Position numbers and translations under genes: made by a program
Notes under the pieces: generated by a model
Told to the model about the DNA's origin: nothing
What the model saw: only the letters and a program-made list of their open reading frames with translations
The model's database searches: none
In this document: positions 44,502 through 45,520 of the stretch, one piece after another
Position numbering within the stretch: the stretch's first letter is position 1
How the letters are laid out: the number at the start of each line of letters is the position of its first letter
From: Eubacteriales bacterium
Lineage (GTDB): Bacteria; Bacillota; Clostridia; Oscillospirales; CAG-272
DNA: 45,520 nucleotides
Direction of reading: 5' to 3'
Assembly: GCA_045595425.1 (NCBI GenBank)
Contig: JAZOAL010000166.1
Coordinates: 1 to 45,520, forward strand

Positions 44502-45452
44502 ATGAAAAGCTACGAAAATTTCGATAATACTTTTTTTGTAAAAATTATTTGTATAATCGCGGCACTGGCACTCGTTTTCGTCATAGCCGCAGTGGCTGTG
44601 GGACTTTTCACAAAGAATGATTCTCCCGCCTCAGAGGACAGCGGTGCAGAAACATTTGTTTTTGATGATTCATCAAAGGAAAGTGAGCCGATATCGCCGG
44701 ATACAAATGACGATACAGAACTGCCGACACCGCCCGATAATTCAGATTCTGAGACCGAAACAGATGCACCCGAAAGTGATAGCGGCACTGAGCCTCTGCA
44801 AAGCGAGAGAGGCACAGATATCACAGACGAGCCTGCGCCCACAGTGCTTGAGGCAACGGAGGATATGGGAGAAGAATATATAAGCTCTCTTACATTTCTC
44901 GGAGACTCCACCACCTATGGGCTCAAAACCTATGAAATGCTAAAAGACGGCAAAGAAACCAAACAGCTTTGGGCAGCGGAAAATGCAACCCTTACTCTCA
45001 GCGATATTCTCACAAAGAAGATCATTTATCCCGAAAGCGGAGATCAAATGACCATCGCCGAGGCAGCCGCTCTTGCGAAACCGGAATATCTCGTTATAAC
45101 TCTTGGAGTTGAAGGGCTTCTGAAAATCGAAGAAGAGGATTTTAAATCCGAATACACTTCGCTGATTGAAGCCATTCAAACCACATCACACGATACAAAG
45201 ATCATTATCCAGTCAATCTTCCCTGCGGCAAGCGATTTCAAGACTACCAACGCTCAGATCGACATTGCCAACGCCTGGGTAAGAGAAGTAGCGGAAAACA
45301 CCGGTGTTCGTTATCTTGACACACAGTCTGTCCTAAAAAACGAAAGCGGTGATCTTGATCCCAAATACGACAACGGCGGAACCGGGATAAGTCTTAATGA
45401 TACCGGATTTGCAGTGGTGCTGGAGTACATACGCACCCACGGATATAGATAA
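44502..45452 (+). CDS. Membrane-anchored SGNH/GDSL hydrolase-fold protein
   Basis: N-terminal TM, acidic linker, FLGDSTTYG (block I), KPEYLVITLG, IIIQSI.P, YLDT...L; blocks III and V degenerate. Confidence 0.8.
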   Translation: MKSYENFDNTFFVKIICIIAALALVFVIAAVAVGLFTKNDSPASEDSGAETFVFDDSSKESEPISPDTNDDTELPTPPDNSDSETETDAPESDSGTEPLQSERGTDITDEPAPTVLEATEDMGEEYISSLTFLGDSTTYGLKTYEMLKDGKETKQLWAAENATLTLSDILTKKIIYPESGDQMTIAEAAALAKPEYLVITLGVEGLLKIEEEDFKSEYTSLIEAIQTTSHDTKIIIQSIFPAASDFKTTNAQIDIANAWVREVAENTGVRYLDTQSVLKNESGDLDPKYDNGGTGISLNDTGFAVVLEYIRTHGYR

Positions 45453-45489
45453 CAGCAAAACGGGTAAAAATTGCCCATGCAGAAATCCC

Positions 45490-45520
45490 GTCAAAATCAG
45501 ATATAAAATCTGATTTTGAC
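45490..45520. terminator. Perfect 13-bp hairpin at window end (probable terminator, truncated)
   Basis: GTCAAAATCAGAT-ATAAA-ATCTGATTTTGAC. Confidence 0.55.

Overview
45.5-kb chromosomal window of a spore-forming Clostridia-type (probably Oscillospirales-like) bacterium with 39 protein-coding genes. Most are housekeeping genes on the minus strand: nusB-tsaD paralog-xseAB-ispA-tlyA-nadK-argR-recN-ybaK; argS-yebC; cdaA-cdaR-FAD oxidoreductase-rseC-recJ-rel-dtd-hemZ-yabM-mazG; hup-yabO-yabP-yabQ-divIC. Two accessory patches interrupt them. (i) 1-3.5 kb holds the 3' part of a GH2 beta-galactosidase, a Schlafen/AlbA_2-HTH gene, a collapsed GH78 rhamnosidase relic behind a perfect sigma70 promoter, and a run of hairpins. 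(ii) 23.1-32.1 kb holds GTCATCC-tagged palindromic repeats, a 1778-codon secreted esterase/BspA-LRR gene, a cohesin lipoprotein and an orphan CapD-like dehydratase. Most striking: the giant gene has one in-frame amber (TAG) at codon 46, just after its signal peptide. The TAG lies in a 9-nt bulge of a long mRNA stem-loop, and none of the 39 genes in the window ends with TAG. This is a candidate structured-RNA amber-recoding or switch site, though a recent nonsense mutation or base-call error is not excluded. No CRISPR array, rRNA, tRNA or transposase was recognised.
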